Notes: a model not told the origin generated them from the letters alone. Counted from the whole stretch's first letter, positions 25,443 through 36,519 are shown. The stretch: 60,785 nucleotides of DNA, filler included, from Dimorphilus gyrociliatus (GCA_904063045.1; 3 parts of 3 records of this genome joined end to end with filler, not necessarily neighbours in it), one strand, 5' to 3'. Program-made: numbers and translations.

Positions 25443-27103
25443 GGATCATGACTAAAATTCCCCCCCTATTTTTTTGTTTCGGACTCTTGCTTAAAATCCC
25501 CCCCTATGTTTTGGTTTCAAACTCTTGCTTAAAACTTTCCCCCTTATGAGATTTTCACATCCCCCTAATTTATATATAATCTTACAGAATAATCTTTAAG
25601 AATGATATCCCCTTTACATAAAGACAATATCATGAAATAAAAAATATTTTTTTTTCCTCCAATTCATTATCATGTTAGGATTTACCTCCAATTTTTATAG
25701 ATGTTTTTGTTACGAAATTGAAAAAATATGAAACAAAATGTATTTCTAAGGGGTTCTCAAGGGAAAATTTCACTCTAAAATCCCCATAAAAAGTATAAAT
25801 ATTGAAAAAGATCGTACCCCTTTTATGGTTAGTCCTGAATCGTTTTTAGATTTATAATGAATTCCTCAGCTCCTAGTTTCATTACTTTTCTATTTGAAAA
25901 CAGATTCCTAAAAGCCGAAGTTAGCTGTTCATTATGCCTTTCGCATATGAATTTGGCTATTTACAAAAGGTCGCCCGAGAAGAGAGCCTGGAAGTGTTAT
26001 AAAAACTCTTGCACCAGGACTAAAAAATATATTTCCGTTCGTGTAGGTAGTTTTTTTGAAGGCTTTAGTATGCCGATCAGGACTATCTTGCAAATAGTAT
26101 TGAAATACGCAACAAGGGGTCCTGTTTACAGTATTAAAGGGATCTTCGATTTTAGTCGAAGTAGTATTGAAAAGGTATTACTGAGACTAAGATCGCTAAT
26201 ACCTACGATAGACTTCTCTAGTAATAAACTAGGAGGACCTGGAAAGGTCGTTCAAATTGATAAACTAGGTTAAAGCATAGTATTAAAGCACATAGAGGGC
26301 GTGCTCCTAGTAATAGGACAGAATCTCTATGTATAATAGAGTTTAATGAAAGAATTACCCGTGCAAATGCACGGGTAATTCCAAATAAAAGAGCCATTAT
26401 ATTCGTGTTTATATTTGTAGTCAAATAATGAGTGGTTCTATCATACACACAGATGAGCACGGTGCTTATTCACGTCTTGGTGAATATAATTTTTCACATG
26501 ACACTGTGTGTCATAAGTATAATTTTGTTGCCGAGAATGGCACTCATACACAAGCAGTTGAGTCTTTTCACAACTGCTTGAAAAGAGAAATTAAGTTAAG
26601 AAAAGGCGTTCGAACTAATAAACGTCAAGAGTTTTTGAATGAATTTTGCTTTTTTTATAATAATAGACATAGAGTAGGAGATGCAGTATTTGATTTAATA
26701 AAATTTTTTACATATTATTTATTAATTATTATTTATTATTTATTTGAATTTAAAGTTTTTAGTTTTTTTTTAATTTTTGTTTAATTTTTTTGATTATTTA
26801 TTATTTTTTTAAATATTTGATATTTTTTATTATTTATTATTTTTAATTATTATTTATTTGAATTTAAAGTTTTCAGTTTTTAATTTTCATTCTAATTCAA
26901 ATTTTTTCTTAATTTTTATTTTTTTCTAGATTTTTAATTTAGACTCTTGCTTAAAATTTCCCCCTATTTTTTTAATTTTAAGCAAGAGTTAAAATTAAAA
27001 AAATAGGGGAAAATCTGGAGAAGTAAATAATATAGGGGGGCGCAAATTTCGGGAAATGACTGGCAAAGGGGTGTAAATCTGGGGGGGATTTAAACACTGA
27101 TCC
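25443..27103 (+). mobile_element. Full-length Merlin transposon with 8-bp target-site duplication; transposase frameshifted
   Basis: Imperfect TIRs GGATCATGACTAAAATTCCCCCC and (revcomp) GGATCAGTGTTTAAATCCCCCCC; GAAATTTC at both 25435-25442 and 27104-27111. ORFs 25857-26273 (CSLC..WKC zinc-finger-like, KLGGPGKVVQID) and 26428-26784 (IIHTDEHGAY, HTQAVESFH). Confidence 0.92.
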
Positions 27104-27169
27104 GAAATTTCTGATTTGCATACGCTATGTCGTATCTTCAAATTAATAAACTTCCTATTATCAGTCCCT

Positions 27170-27836
27170 GTCTGGAGTATAGGTACCCCGAGTAGGTCAT
27201 TGTGTGCTTTGATTTGATTTCTTTTCTTTTTATTTCAATTACAACGTCCTTTGCAGCTACTATTTCTGTTTTATCAAAATTAATTTCCATTTTAATACTT
27301 TCTTATATTTAATTATTTTATCAGTTAGTTTTTTAGCTAAACATTTCGTTGTAGTATATGATTATCACATCATCAGCATATTGTGGGACTTCTTTGCGTT
27401 CTTCTAGTTCTAATTGTTGTATGAGATCGTCAATATAAATGTTAAACAGGAATGGGCTAAAGATTGCAACTTGGTCCTCGTTAGGTGTTGTTTCTATTTG
27501 TTTTCCTGTATCAGTGTCAAATACTAATCTCAGGTTCTCAATACTTAATTTCACTTCTTCAATTCTATTTTCAGTATAGTTCTTTTCTATCATTATGGCA
27601 TATAGGAGTGTTCTATTTACAGATTCATACGCCTTCTTAATGTCTAGTGATATTAATATGAGATTTCCTTTACTTTTAGAGGCAATATTTTGTATTAACA
27701 AAATGAGATCCATAGTACAAGCATTTAGGATATATAATATTTGATAATGTTGAATCTTGTTACGCTTGTCTATTCCATTCCATGTAATTTGATCATAGAT
27801 CATCTTAAGAGGCACTGTCCCTGCGATTGGTCTTAA
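27170..27836 (-). mobile_element. Non-LTR retrotransposon reverse transcriptase fragment
   Basis: ISLDIKKAYESV, FSPFLFNIYID, QYADDVII and downstream MEINFDKTE; truncated on its 5' side by the Tc1 element at 27841. Confidence 0.82.
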
Positions 27837-27840
27837 GATA

Positions 27841-29249
27841 CACTGGCGGAAAAAAAACCGGACACCTTAAAAAAGACTCAATTTGAACATTACACATAAC
27901 ATAATTAATTAAAATTAATTAAATACCATGTAATCTTTCGTATACGTTTTACTTTTTTTTAATCTCTTATTAATTAAATTTTTTATAATATTTGATGAAA
28001 TTTGTGGGAACCCGGGCTCTTTTAAAAATACTGTTTAATAGTCAACTGGGCAACCTCTGTTAGCTATTACAGCTTTATATCTATTATTCATTGATTTTAT
28101 AATTTTGTTATAAATTCTTTGGGATATTGTTCATATTTGATATTTTCTCATTTAGTTAATCATTGATTTAAATGATTTTTTCGCTAGTTTATTTTTAATG
28201 TCCAAATATCCTCTATAGGGTTAAAATCTGGAAATTGTGCAGGCAATCCATTACAAAATTTTGTTTTCTTCAAAAAATTGGTAGTTATTTTAGAAACGTG
28301 GCAAGATACGCATCTTGCTGAAAAATAAAGCTATTTAATGACAATTTATTGGCGGATTGTTGTAGATTTTGTGAAATAAAATCAATGTAACCAATAGAAT
28401 GTAGATTGTTTTCTATTTTAACTAGGTTCCCAAACATTTTGATGACATACATCCCAATACATCAAACTTCCATCTCCAAATTTTATAGTTGAATTAAAGT
28501 TTTTCTTTTAGCCTTTCACCAGACTTTTCCATACTAGACCTTTTCTATCACATCCACTCAATGACAATCTCGACTCATCGCTCCATATCACACTGTTCCA
28601 TTGATCTTCAGTTTTGAAATGTTTTTGAGTGCCCATGTTAATCTATTTTTTTTGTGTAACCTAGACAAGAAAGGCTTTTTAACTGCAACTCTTGAATAAA
28701 TTGGAGCTTTTTAGATGTTTCTTATTGTGCGAGTACACACATTTATCGACATATTTTTTGTATTTCCATTGATGATAAAAAGGGATCTATTAACAATACC
28801 ATTAAATTGTTCAAATCTTTCCCATCAAAGAGCTTTTTCTCCCAAGCCTTGTAATCTTTCAACAGTCCTATACTATTATAGTTCTTAATGATATCTTGGA
28901 CTGTAGATCTCGGAAAAGTCGTTTTCTCTGATATTTTCCAATTGAGCCCCTCTGATTGTAACTTTAATATAATTGCTTCATGTCATCTGACCAATGCTTA
29001 CTCATAAAAGGGGACCTGCATCTTTATTTATAGTAATATGGATGGGAACTTAATTTTCAATCAATTTTTCAGGTGTCCAGTTTTTTTTCCAAAATTTCAT
29101 CAAATGTTATAAAAAGATTAATTAATGAAGATTAAAAAAAATAAGAATTCTAAGAAAAACTACATAATATTTAATAAATTTTAATTGATTATGTTATGTG
29201 TTAATATTTAAAATTGAGTCTTTTTTAGGGCGTCCGGGGGCCACCAGTG
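27841..29249 (-). mobile_element. Degenerate Tc1/mariner element
   Basis: TA|CACTGG left end and CCAGTG right end with about 85-bp imperfect TIRs (shared GACTCAATTT..ACACATAACATAAT). Minus strand has GDESRLSL, KFGDGSLMYW and FIFQQDA remnants with many stops. Confidence 0.85.
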
Positions 29250-29402
29250 AAATATAAAATTAATAAAATATAGAATAGTCGATTTTATATCTATCAAAAA
29301 AACACCTTTTTCTAATAGATATATACTTCAGAAAAAAGTTACAATTTTTTTTATAACATCTAAATGATGATTTATTCACGTCCCTTTTATATTTTACTAA
29401 TC

Positions 29403-30809
29403 TTAAAACCGAATTACAATGTTCAGAATAAGTAAANNNNNNNNNNNNNNNNNNNNNNNNNNNNNNNNNNNNNNNNNNNNNNNNNNNNNNNNNNNNNNNN
29501 NNNNNNNNNNNNNNNNNNNNNNNNNNNAATCATTATTAGGGATTTCTATATTTTTACCTGCAAAGGTCTGAATAATTCTATATCTTGTTCTTTCCTCTTC
29601 CTTGCAAATAAGCTCATGAAACCTTGCAATATTTGGATGAGCTATTATCGATTCCTGGTTTAGTCCTCTATGCCAAGCTTCGATGATATTGGTTGTACGT
29701 GGTAGATTTTTTATAATTCTTTCATAACATGACCAGAATTCTATATCATATCGTGGATAGATATATTCTCGCTCCAGAAAAGTACCAACAAAGTTTTTTT
29801 CAAAATAACTAAAAAGCAATTCAAGTTTTGTATACTTTTCCGAGATTAATGCAAGATTTTTTATTCCTATAAAAACCTCTACGACTTCTTCTATTGGATA
29901 AAATACAAGGTTGAGTAATTTTCTAATAAAACCTCTTACTTCTTTATCATTTTTATAATCTTTGGTAAGTCCTAACTTTTGTACATGTTTCCAAACGGCT
30001 TGACTAAAGTGGAAACTGCAACCATATAATTTAGAAGTATCAAATATAAAGCTTAGTGAATTAATTAAAGCCTTTTCAAAGTCTATTATAATAAACTTAG
30101 GCTTGAAAGAGCATTCTTCTTTAATATATTTAAAACATATCTTGTAAGCTTCTTCTGTTTTGTTTTCCATTAGAATAAAACAAAGAGGGAAAAATTTCCC
30201 CATTACCTGTCCTTGAACAGTGATCAGTTGATAGAACCCATGTGGAACAGATTTGAATGTTCCATCGATCAAAGCCACATCTACTTTTTCTGTTACCTCT
30301 TTCTGAAAGCTTGTTTGAAAAATTACAAATCGGTAATTTTTACCTATTCCTGAATCGTGCTGAAGGAATCCATCACCTCTGAAATTAATACGAAGACTTT
30401 CAGGGAAGTCAGGAATTGCTGGCTTTATATTACCAAATTTACTATTTTTTATTCTATTAACATAATTCTTCAATGACCTTTCTATAGGCATTGATGGTAT
30501 TAATTCAGGCTTAACATCTGACATAGCTCTCACTACTATATCAGAGGTTCTCTCATTTGTTTTTAAGGTTTTTTCTTTTATTTGTTGTCTTTTTAGATGA
30601 ATATCAATTTTTTTATTATCAAAGTCGTGATTGTGTTCGACTATAACCTTACAAACACCTTCTTCCTCCAAAAGTCTGCCTCTACAACTTCTACTTTGAC
30701 ATCTCCAGTATTTTTTTTTAGTTTTTTCGTTTAAAAAATTGTACATATAGCCATTATATATCGCAATTGGTTTGCCTCTTTGACTTAAACTATAAATAAT
30801 ACCTGACAT
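29403..30809 (-). mobile_element. Mutator-like (MULE) transposase with N-terminal FLYWCH zinc finger, apparently intact
   Basis: 468-aa ORF: YMY...YWRCQSRSCRG...HNH (FLYWCH), IDGTFK, IIIDFEKAL, GCSFHFSQ, PRTTNIIEAWH (D-D-C(2)H-E all present). The 3' end is interrupted by an assembly gap. Confidence 0.92.
29437..29527. other. Assembly gap (91 N) inside the MULE ORF
   Basis: Direct reading; no linker sequence, unlike the two 100-nt spacers. Confidence 0.95.
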
Positions 30810-30934
30810 TATAGGTCAAAAATAAAATTTAATTTTTTAATTTTAATTTTTAAAATTTTTAAAATTTTTTCCCTTCTTATTCTACCAACTCGCCATGTGG
30901 CGAGTTGGTGCATTTTAACCCCTAAGGAGAGCTG

Positions 30935-31034
30935 NNNNNNNNNNNNNNNNNNNNNNNNNNNNNNNNNNNNNNNNNNNNTTAATTAATTAANNNNNNNNNN
31001 NNNNNNNNNNNNNNNNNNNNNNNNNNNNNNNNNN
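30935..31034. other. Artificial contig-joining spacer
   Basis: 44 N + TTAATTAATTAA + 44 N. Confidence 0.97.
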
Positions 31035-31400
31035 GGAGGAGTGTGAATGACACAATCTCAACAGGAGGCAGATTGGTGGGAGACATCCCTCTAACGCTGA
31101 CAGAGAGGGAGATACTATGTAATAGAGGACATAAAGGCTATGTTCCACCAAGTGAACCTGAAAGACTCACATAGACAATACTTTGGCCTATTGTATTAGC
31201 CCCCAGGCAAGTTGAAATCAAGAGGGAACATAGCCGAATATGTGATGACAAGGCATGTGTTCAGAGAAAAAGATAGCCTGTTTAGAAGAAGCAGAAATTC
31301 CTACAATTACAATAAAACAAAGTACAGCATCCCTTTTTTTATTGCTGTGCAATGTATATGCACTGCCCTACACGAAACTAAGTCAATACCACTTATCTCT
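31035..31400 (+). mobile_element. BEL/Pao LTR-retrotransposon RT fragment
   Basis: SVNDTISTG.RL, DIKAMFHQV and EYVMTRHVF are Pao-type RT motifs; stop and frameshifts present. Confidence 0.75.
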
Positions 31401-31560
31401 ATCAGTGCTATCTGCATAGTACAATACTGGTTCAATACTACTTCTCTATTGTAGAATATAGCTGACGAATGTATGTGTACAAAAAGTATAGAAAAATTTT
31501 TTCAGAGTTCTGAATGCTTACTCAGCATAAATAAATAACTGAAATTAATCATTTTTGTAA

Positions 31561-34500
31561 ATGGAACAACTCTTAGAGTCTCTCAAAGAAGAAGTATTCG
31601 AAAATCAAACTCTTGAAAACCTTTTTTTAGAAAATGGTGTCAAAAGAGAGAATATTTTCATTGAAGACCTTACTTCGCTGTGTAAAATTTTGGACAAATC
31701 TGATGAAATCCGTCATACTAAACCTTTATTAGTGAGAATTTGTGATTGTTTCTCTAAAACTATAAAAACAGAGACACTTAATGAGACACTTAATGATGTA
31801 GATCATTGCGCCTTTCAACATCATTCGTACTTTACCAACGACCTTCAGATTGATCATAATCTAACAAATAATACTCTAATGTTAATGACTGGTGATACTA
31901 TGGAACCTATCTCATATTTGGAATTTGAAGATAATACCTACAATAATTCTTCAGATTTGATCTTCAAGATAAATCTTCTTTCAACTGAAGTTAGTATGAA
32001 TAAAAAAGATTTTTTTATTGAAGAACTAAAAAATCAATTAAAAGTTCAATGGATCACTAATGAATTTCTTAGTTGGATTTTTGACTATTTTAGAAAGAAT
32101 GAAAGAAAAGTAATTTTCATTCTTGAAAATTTTGATGAGTTGGAAGATATGGAAAATAAAAATTTTATAGAGACTTTTCTAAGAGATAATCCACAAGGTT
32201 ATTATTTCATTATTTGGTCAAGTAGGAGTTTACAGGAGAATGAAAAAAAATTAAAGAAAAGAACTAACTCAATGACTCCAATTTTCAAAGTTACTGTGAG
32301 TATTATCAAGATATAGACCTATATTAATTATCTTGTTCTCTATCTCAATATTTTTTTTTAATATTTACCAGAAGAAGGATAATTTCATTGATAAGAAAAA
32401 AAATGTTCCAAAAGATGAAGAAGATTTTTCCCTCCAAAAATATTTTTTATGTAGATGGTGCATGTATTTGAAACAATTATACAATCATCAAATATTTGTA
32501 TCATGTAAAACACATATGTGTCAAAGTCATGATCTTTTCAGAGATCCTGATTTACTGGTGTTAGTGAATATGATGGGAAATATGAAGGAAAATTTAGCAA
32601 TGGATCGTAAAGATTTAGACTCTTATTTAGATGGAAATTATCAAAACATATATTTCTTGCTCAATCACACAGATATCAATAAAACCTGGATGGATATATT
32701 TTCATCAGTAAAAAGAACTTCAATAAACTTATGGACTATTGGTGATAAAGGATCAAAATATTTAGGTGACTCACCTTTCACTTCTCTGGAACCGATTGAT
32801 AAACCACTGAGGGTAAGATTAATTAGTTTTATCCAACCAATAGAACTTTTACATTTTAAATTGTGTTTCAAAATAGTTGGCACCATTACAAAAATTAAAT
32901 AGCGAGTTCAAGGCAACTCTCTTCAAATGTGTCTATGAAAAGAGCCAAAAAACTAAAAATTGGCCTCAATCTTTATTTAAAATTTTGGGAAATTTAAAAG
33001 AAGATGAGAAGAATACTGAAGTTGAACGTCTCTTAAATGAATTATGTGAATATTTCATTCAAGAAACAAAAGTAAAATCAAAAAAACTCATTGAACAAGT
33101 ATTTTGTGAAAATATTAATGAGATTGAACAGAATTTAGGGATTTCCCAGACAGAAGACAACAATTTTCAAAATTTTTATCAAAACTTAAATATTGAATTC
33201 AAATTTTCAAATATAAATTTTGAAGGTGCTGGTCATTCTTGGAATAGAACCACTTTTGGTTATTTCAATAGAGAGAAAAATTTTGAAATAAATATCATAG
33301 GAAAAGTAGGAATGGGAAAAACTTTTCATAGTTTACACCTTTTAAATGAGTGGTTAGAAGATTCCAAATTTTGCTTTGGTTCACAAGTTGTTTTTAGGAT
33401 AGACTTGGAGAGAATAAAGTCTGGAATGAATGAATGTAGCAAAACAATAAGAAATCAAATATTCAGCAATCATGAATGGCTTTGTGAACAATGTATTGAA
33501 TGGTTTCTCCATTATTTTCAGGAGAAAAAAAAGAGGATTGTCTATATTTTAGACGAATGCAATAAATCAACAAATTCTGAAAATTACTTTCATCGAGTTA
33601 AAGAGGGAGAAATTTCATGTAAATTTCCTCGCATTATATTTCAAAGAAATTGGCCTAATGACAAAGCCTATTGTCTAGAAATTCAAGGATACCCACCAGT
33701 TCAACACATAGGAGAGGAATCAGATCTATGCCAAGGATCTTGTGTAAAGGAGTGGTTACCATATTGTCATATTCCTCTAGTATCGCATTATGTAAAATAT
33801 CACAAAATGATTTCTTGTAAAGATATTCATAAAAAGTTATTGGAGTATTTGAAGAAGGATGACATCAATAAAGAAGAATTTTCTCATTTAGTTTTCTTAA
33901 CTGAATTACCAGTTACTCTTAATTTTTTAAAGCATAGTTTGTACAATATTTCATTTTCTTTTAAAAATTTTGCTTAAATTTCAGAAAATGAAAAATTTTT
34001 ACCATTTGAGGGAAAAACACGCGAATTTACAAACAATTTAAATTTTCAATTACAAATAGGAAAGGTTAGATTTATAATTTTTGTTTGTTTTCTTATTATT
34101 TGCATAAATAGTAAATATAATAAAATCATTTCAGCTAATTTATGACATCAGGGCTAAGACTGTTCATGTTGTGATACTAAATATTGAAAAAGGCAGGGAA
34201 GGGAGTGATATCGATGTTCGAAATTTAAAATTAATGTTTAAAGTTCTTCAAGAGACTTCAGGTAAAAAAAATTTTATCTATACAAAGTTTTTCAAGTAAT
34301 GTAACTAATTTAACAGATTCAAAAACAAAATATGAATTTCATATTTGGAAAGATATAAATTATAAGAAGTATAAAAAGAAAATTTCTAATTTAAAGAAAA
34401 AGAAAATTAATGATGATTGTGGAGGATTATTGTTTTTCATCTTGTCACATGGGGATCAAAGTGGCTTTGATTTGATAGAAGATTCTGATGAAGCATTGTC

Positions 34501-35111
34501 AAATAAAATTAAATATTCTAATTTGGTCAAAGAATTTGATTATGTTCATTGTCCATATCTACGACATAAGCCGAAATTGTTCTTTTTTAACTGCTGCTTA
34601 GGAGGTAAATAGTCAAATCTTTAATAAAAAAAATAGCCATTTTTTGACAATTATTTTATTTTTCTCTAACAATTTCAGAAGAGAAAGTGATTAAAAGTAC
34701 AATCATTGAAAAGGAAACTCAGAGCCCTGATGGAGGTTCATCAAATGAAGAGGACGCTATACCAGTTAATACAGAAACTTTATTCTGTCCTGAAGATATA
34801 CTATGTGGTATCGACATGTTGCAAGTTTATTCAACTCTACCAGGTTTCTTTTCATTCTCTTCGTTAAGACTTGAAAAAATAAATGATTGTTAATCTCAGG
34901 TTTTAGAAGTGGACGCAATAAATCAATAGGATCACCATTCATTAGAGCATTCATCTCTGTAATGGCAGAAATGGCTCATAAAGAAACATTAAATACAATT
35001 CTGGAACATGTATTTTACATTATGGAAAACTTCTCCTATCAATTGAATGAAGAAAATCGTGTACAATTTCCATCATATAATGGAAATTTTAAAAGATTTT
35101 ATTTTTTTTAA
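31561..35111 (+). CDS. Tandem NACHT-like NTPase - caspase (peptidase C14A) fusion protein, about 1035 aa, 8 exons
   Basis: Exons 31561-32295, 32372-32812, 32877-33936, 33985-34064, 34135-34261, 34317-34604, 34679-34843, 34900-35111; phases 0,0,1,0,1,1,1 are all compatible and total 3108 nt. Walker A GKVGMGKT (33300-33323), Walker B IVYILDE, second Walker-B-like VIFILENFDE; caspase motifs REGSDID, ILSHG, KPKLFFFNCCLG, VYSTLPG, RNKSIGSPFI. The 33937-33984 intron is the weakest junction. Confidence 0.8.
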
Positions 35112-35234
35112 TAAAACATTCAACTTTGAAGGATGAAAATTTGACAAAATAAAATTTTAAAATATTCAATTTGTCAATTTCTTTTAGAATTTTCATCAAA
35201 GTCAATCAGTAATGCATGTGGAAGGCACATTATT

Positions 35235-35969
35235 TTGTCATTCCACTTTGTTCTTCTTGATATCATTTTTCAGACATTGAACACAATAACTATTTTGTTT
35301 TCAATTGATCCAGTCCTACACCATACTTACCACATAAAAAACGAAGATATAAGATATGGGGAATGTGACCAAACACAGTATCTTTTTAAAATAAAAAAAA
35401 ACCCTTTGGATGCTGAAAGGAATCAAAATATAATATCTTCTGGGAAGAAAGCTTTTATCTATTATACAAAGTATAGTTGTAAATTTCAAACAGCTGCGGC
35501 TTATATTACCTGTGTTGATGAGCAAAATGCTAATTGTCCTGGTGGAAAATAATCACTCATACAACAAAAATGAATAATGGTGCAGCAGTTGAATGCTCAG
35601 ATGACAACTAATTTAATTGTTGCAAATAAAATAAGAATATGTTATGCTAAGATTGTTATTGATTCAACATTGTCATGGAATTCAAATAAAGATATTTATA
35701 GAGCACACCTTTCAGGAATATATTATGTTGATATATCTGTAGCTGTATATATGAAGCAGCAGGCATCTGTTAGTGTGATTGTTAATAGTTTAGAGCCATT
35801 CTCTATGAAAAGATTTACTGCTGCCAATCATAAATCTCATGATACAATGAGTAGGGGAGGTATAGTTAGGCTATCCCATGGCGATGTACTCTCAGTTGAA
35901 ACAGCTAATAGCCCTTATAGTGGTGATTGGAAATTAACATCTTTGGCAATATTTTTTGTTTCATACTAG
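35235..35969 (+). pseudogene. C1q-domain gene, frameshifted (pseudogene or sequence error)
   Basis: ORF 35577-35969 is a clear C1q-like domain (WNSN..YRAHLSGIYYVDIS, TMSRGGIVRLSHGDVLSV, LTSLAIFFV). The upstream ORF 35235-35552 does not join in frame and no intron fixes this. Confidence 0.65.
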
Positions 35970-36283
35970 AATTTTAGAGTATCAGGTTTTTTTGTCTTGA
36001 TGAAGAGTTTGATGAGTGAGAAACAACAAAAGTTTCATTTTCCACTAAATCCTCTCTTCTTCTCATTTTTCAAAATTATTCCAGTTGATTATTTTTTCAG
36101 TGAATTCATAGGCATTTGATTATTTCTAGAAATAGAAAGTAGATGTCTAAATTTTAATTCAAAATACCAAAAATAATAAACTTTATTGGAATATACCTTT
36201 CTTACATGAACAAACATTTGGCAGAACTACCTGACTGATTCCTACAAGAGGCTTGGGGAAAGATAATCCAAACCATAAAGGTT

Positions 36284-36425
36284 GATGAGCCTTCAAGCTG
36301 ACTAATCAAACCAGCATTTGGCCAATGTTGTAGCATTTTCTTGCATGGGTTTTAAGAGGTACATGTATAAGTTGCATAAAATAATAAAGTTCAACCATGT
36401 AAAATATAACCAAAGTTGTACAATA
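36284..36425 (+). repeat. Dispersed repeat family A, partial copy
   Basis: Matches 59391-59531 directly and 50072-50208 inverted. Confidence 0.88.
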
Positions 36426-36519
36426 TGTAAAGCAGAAGCCATGACCTAAACTTAAATTCAGAGAATGATATGAAAATTGAGAAAAACCACTTCCTGAATA
36501 TTCAGTATCACATTTGCAC

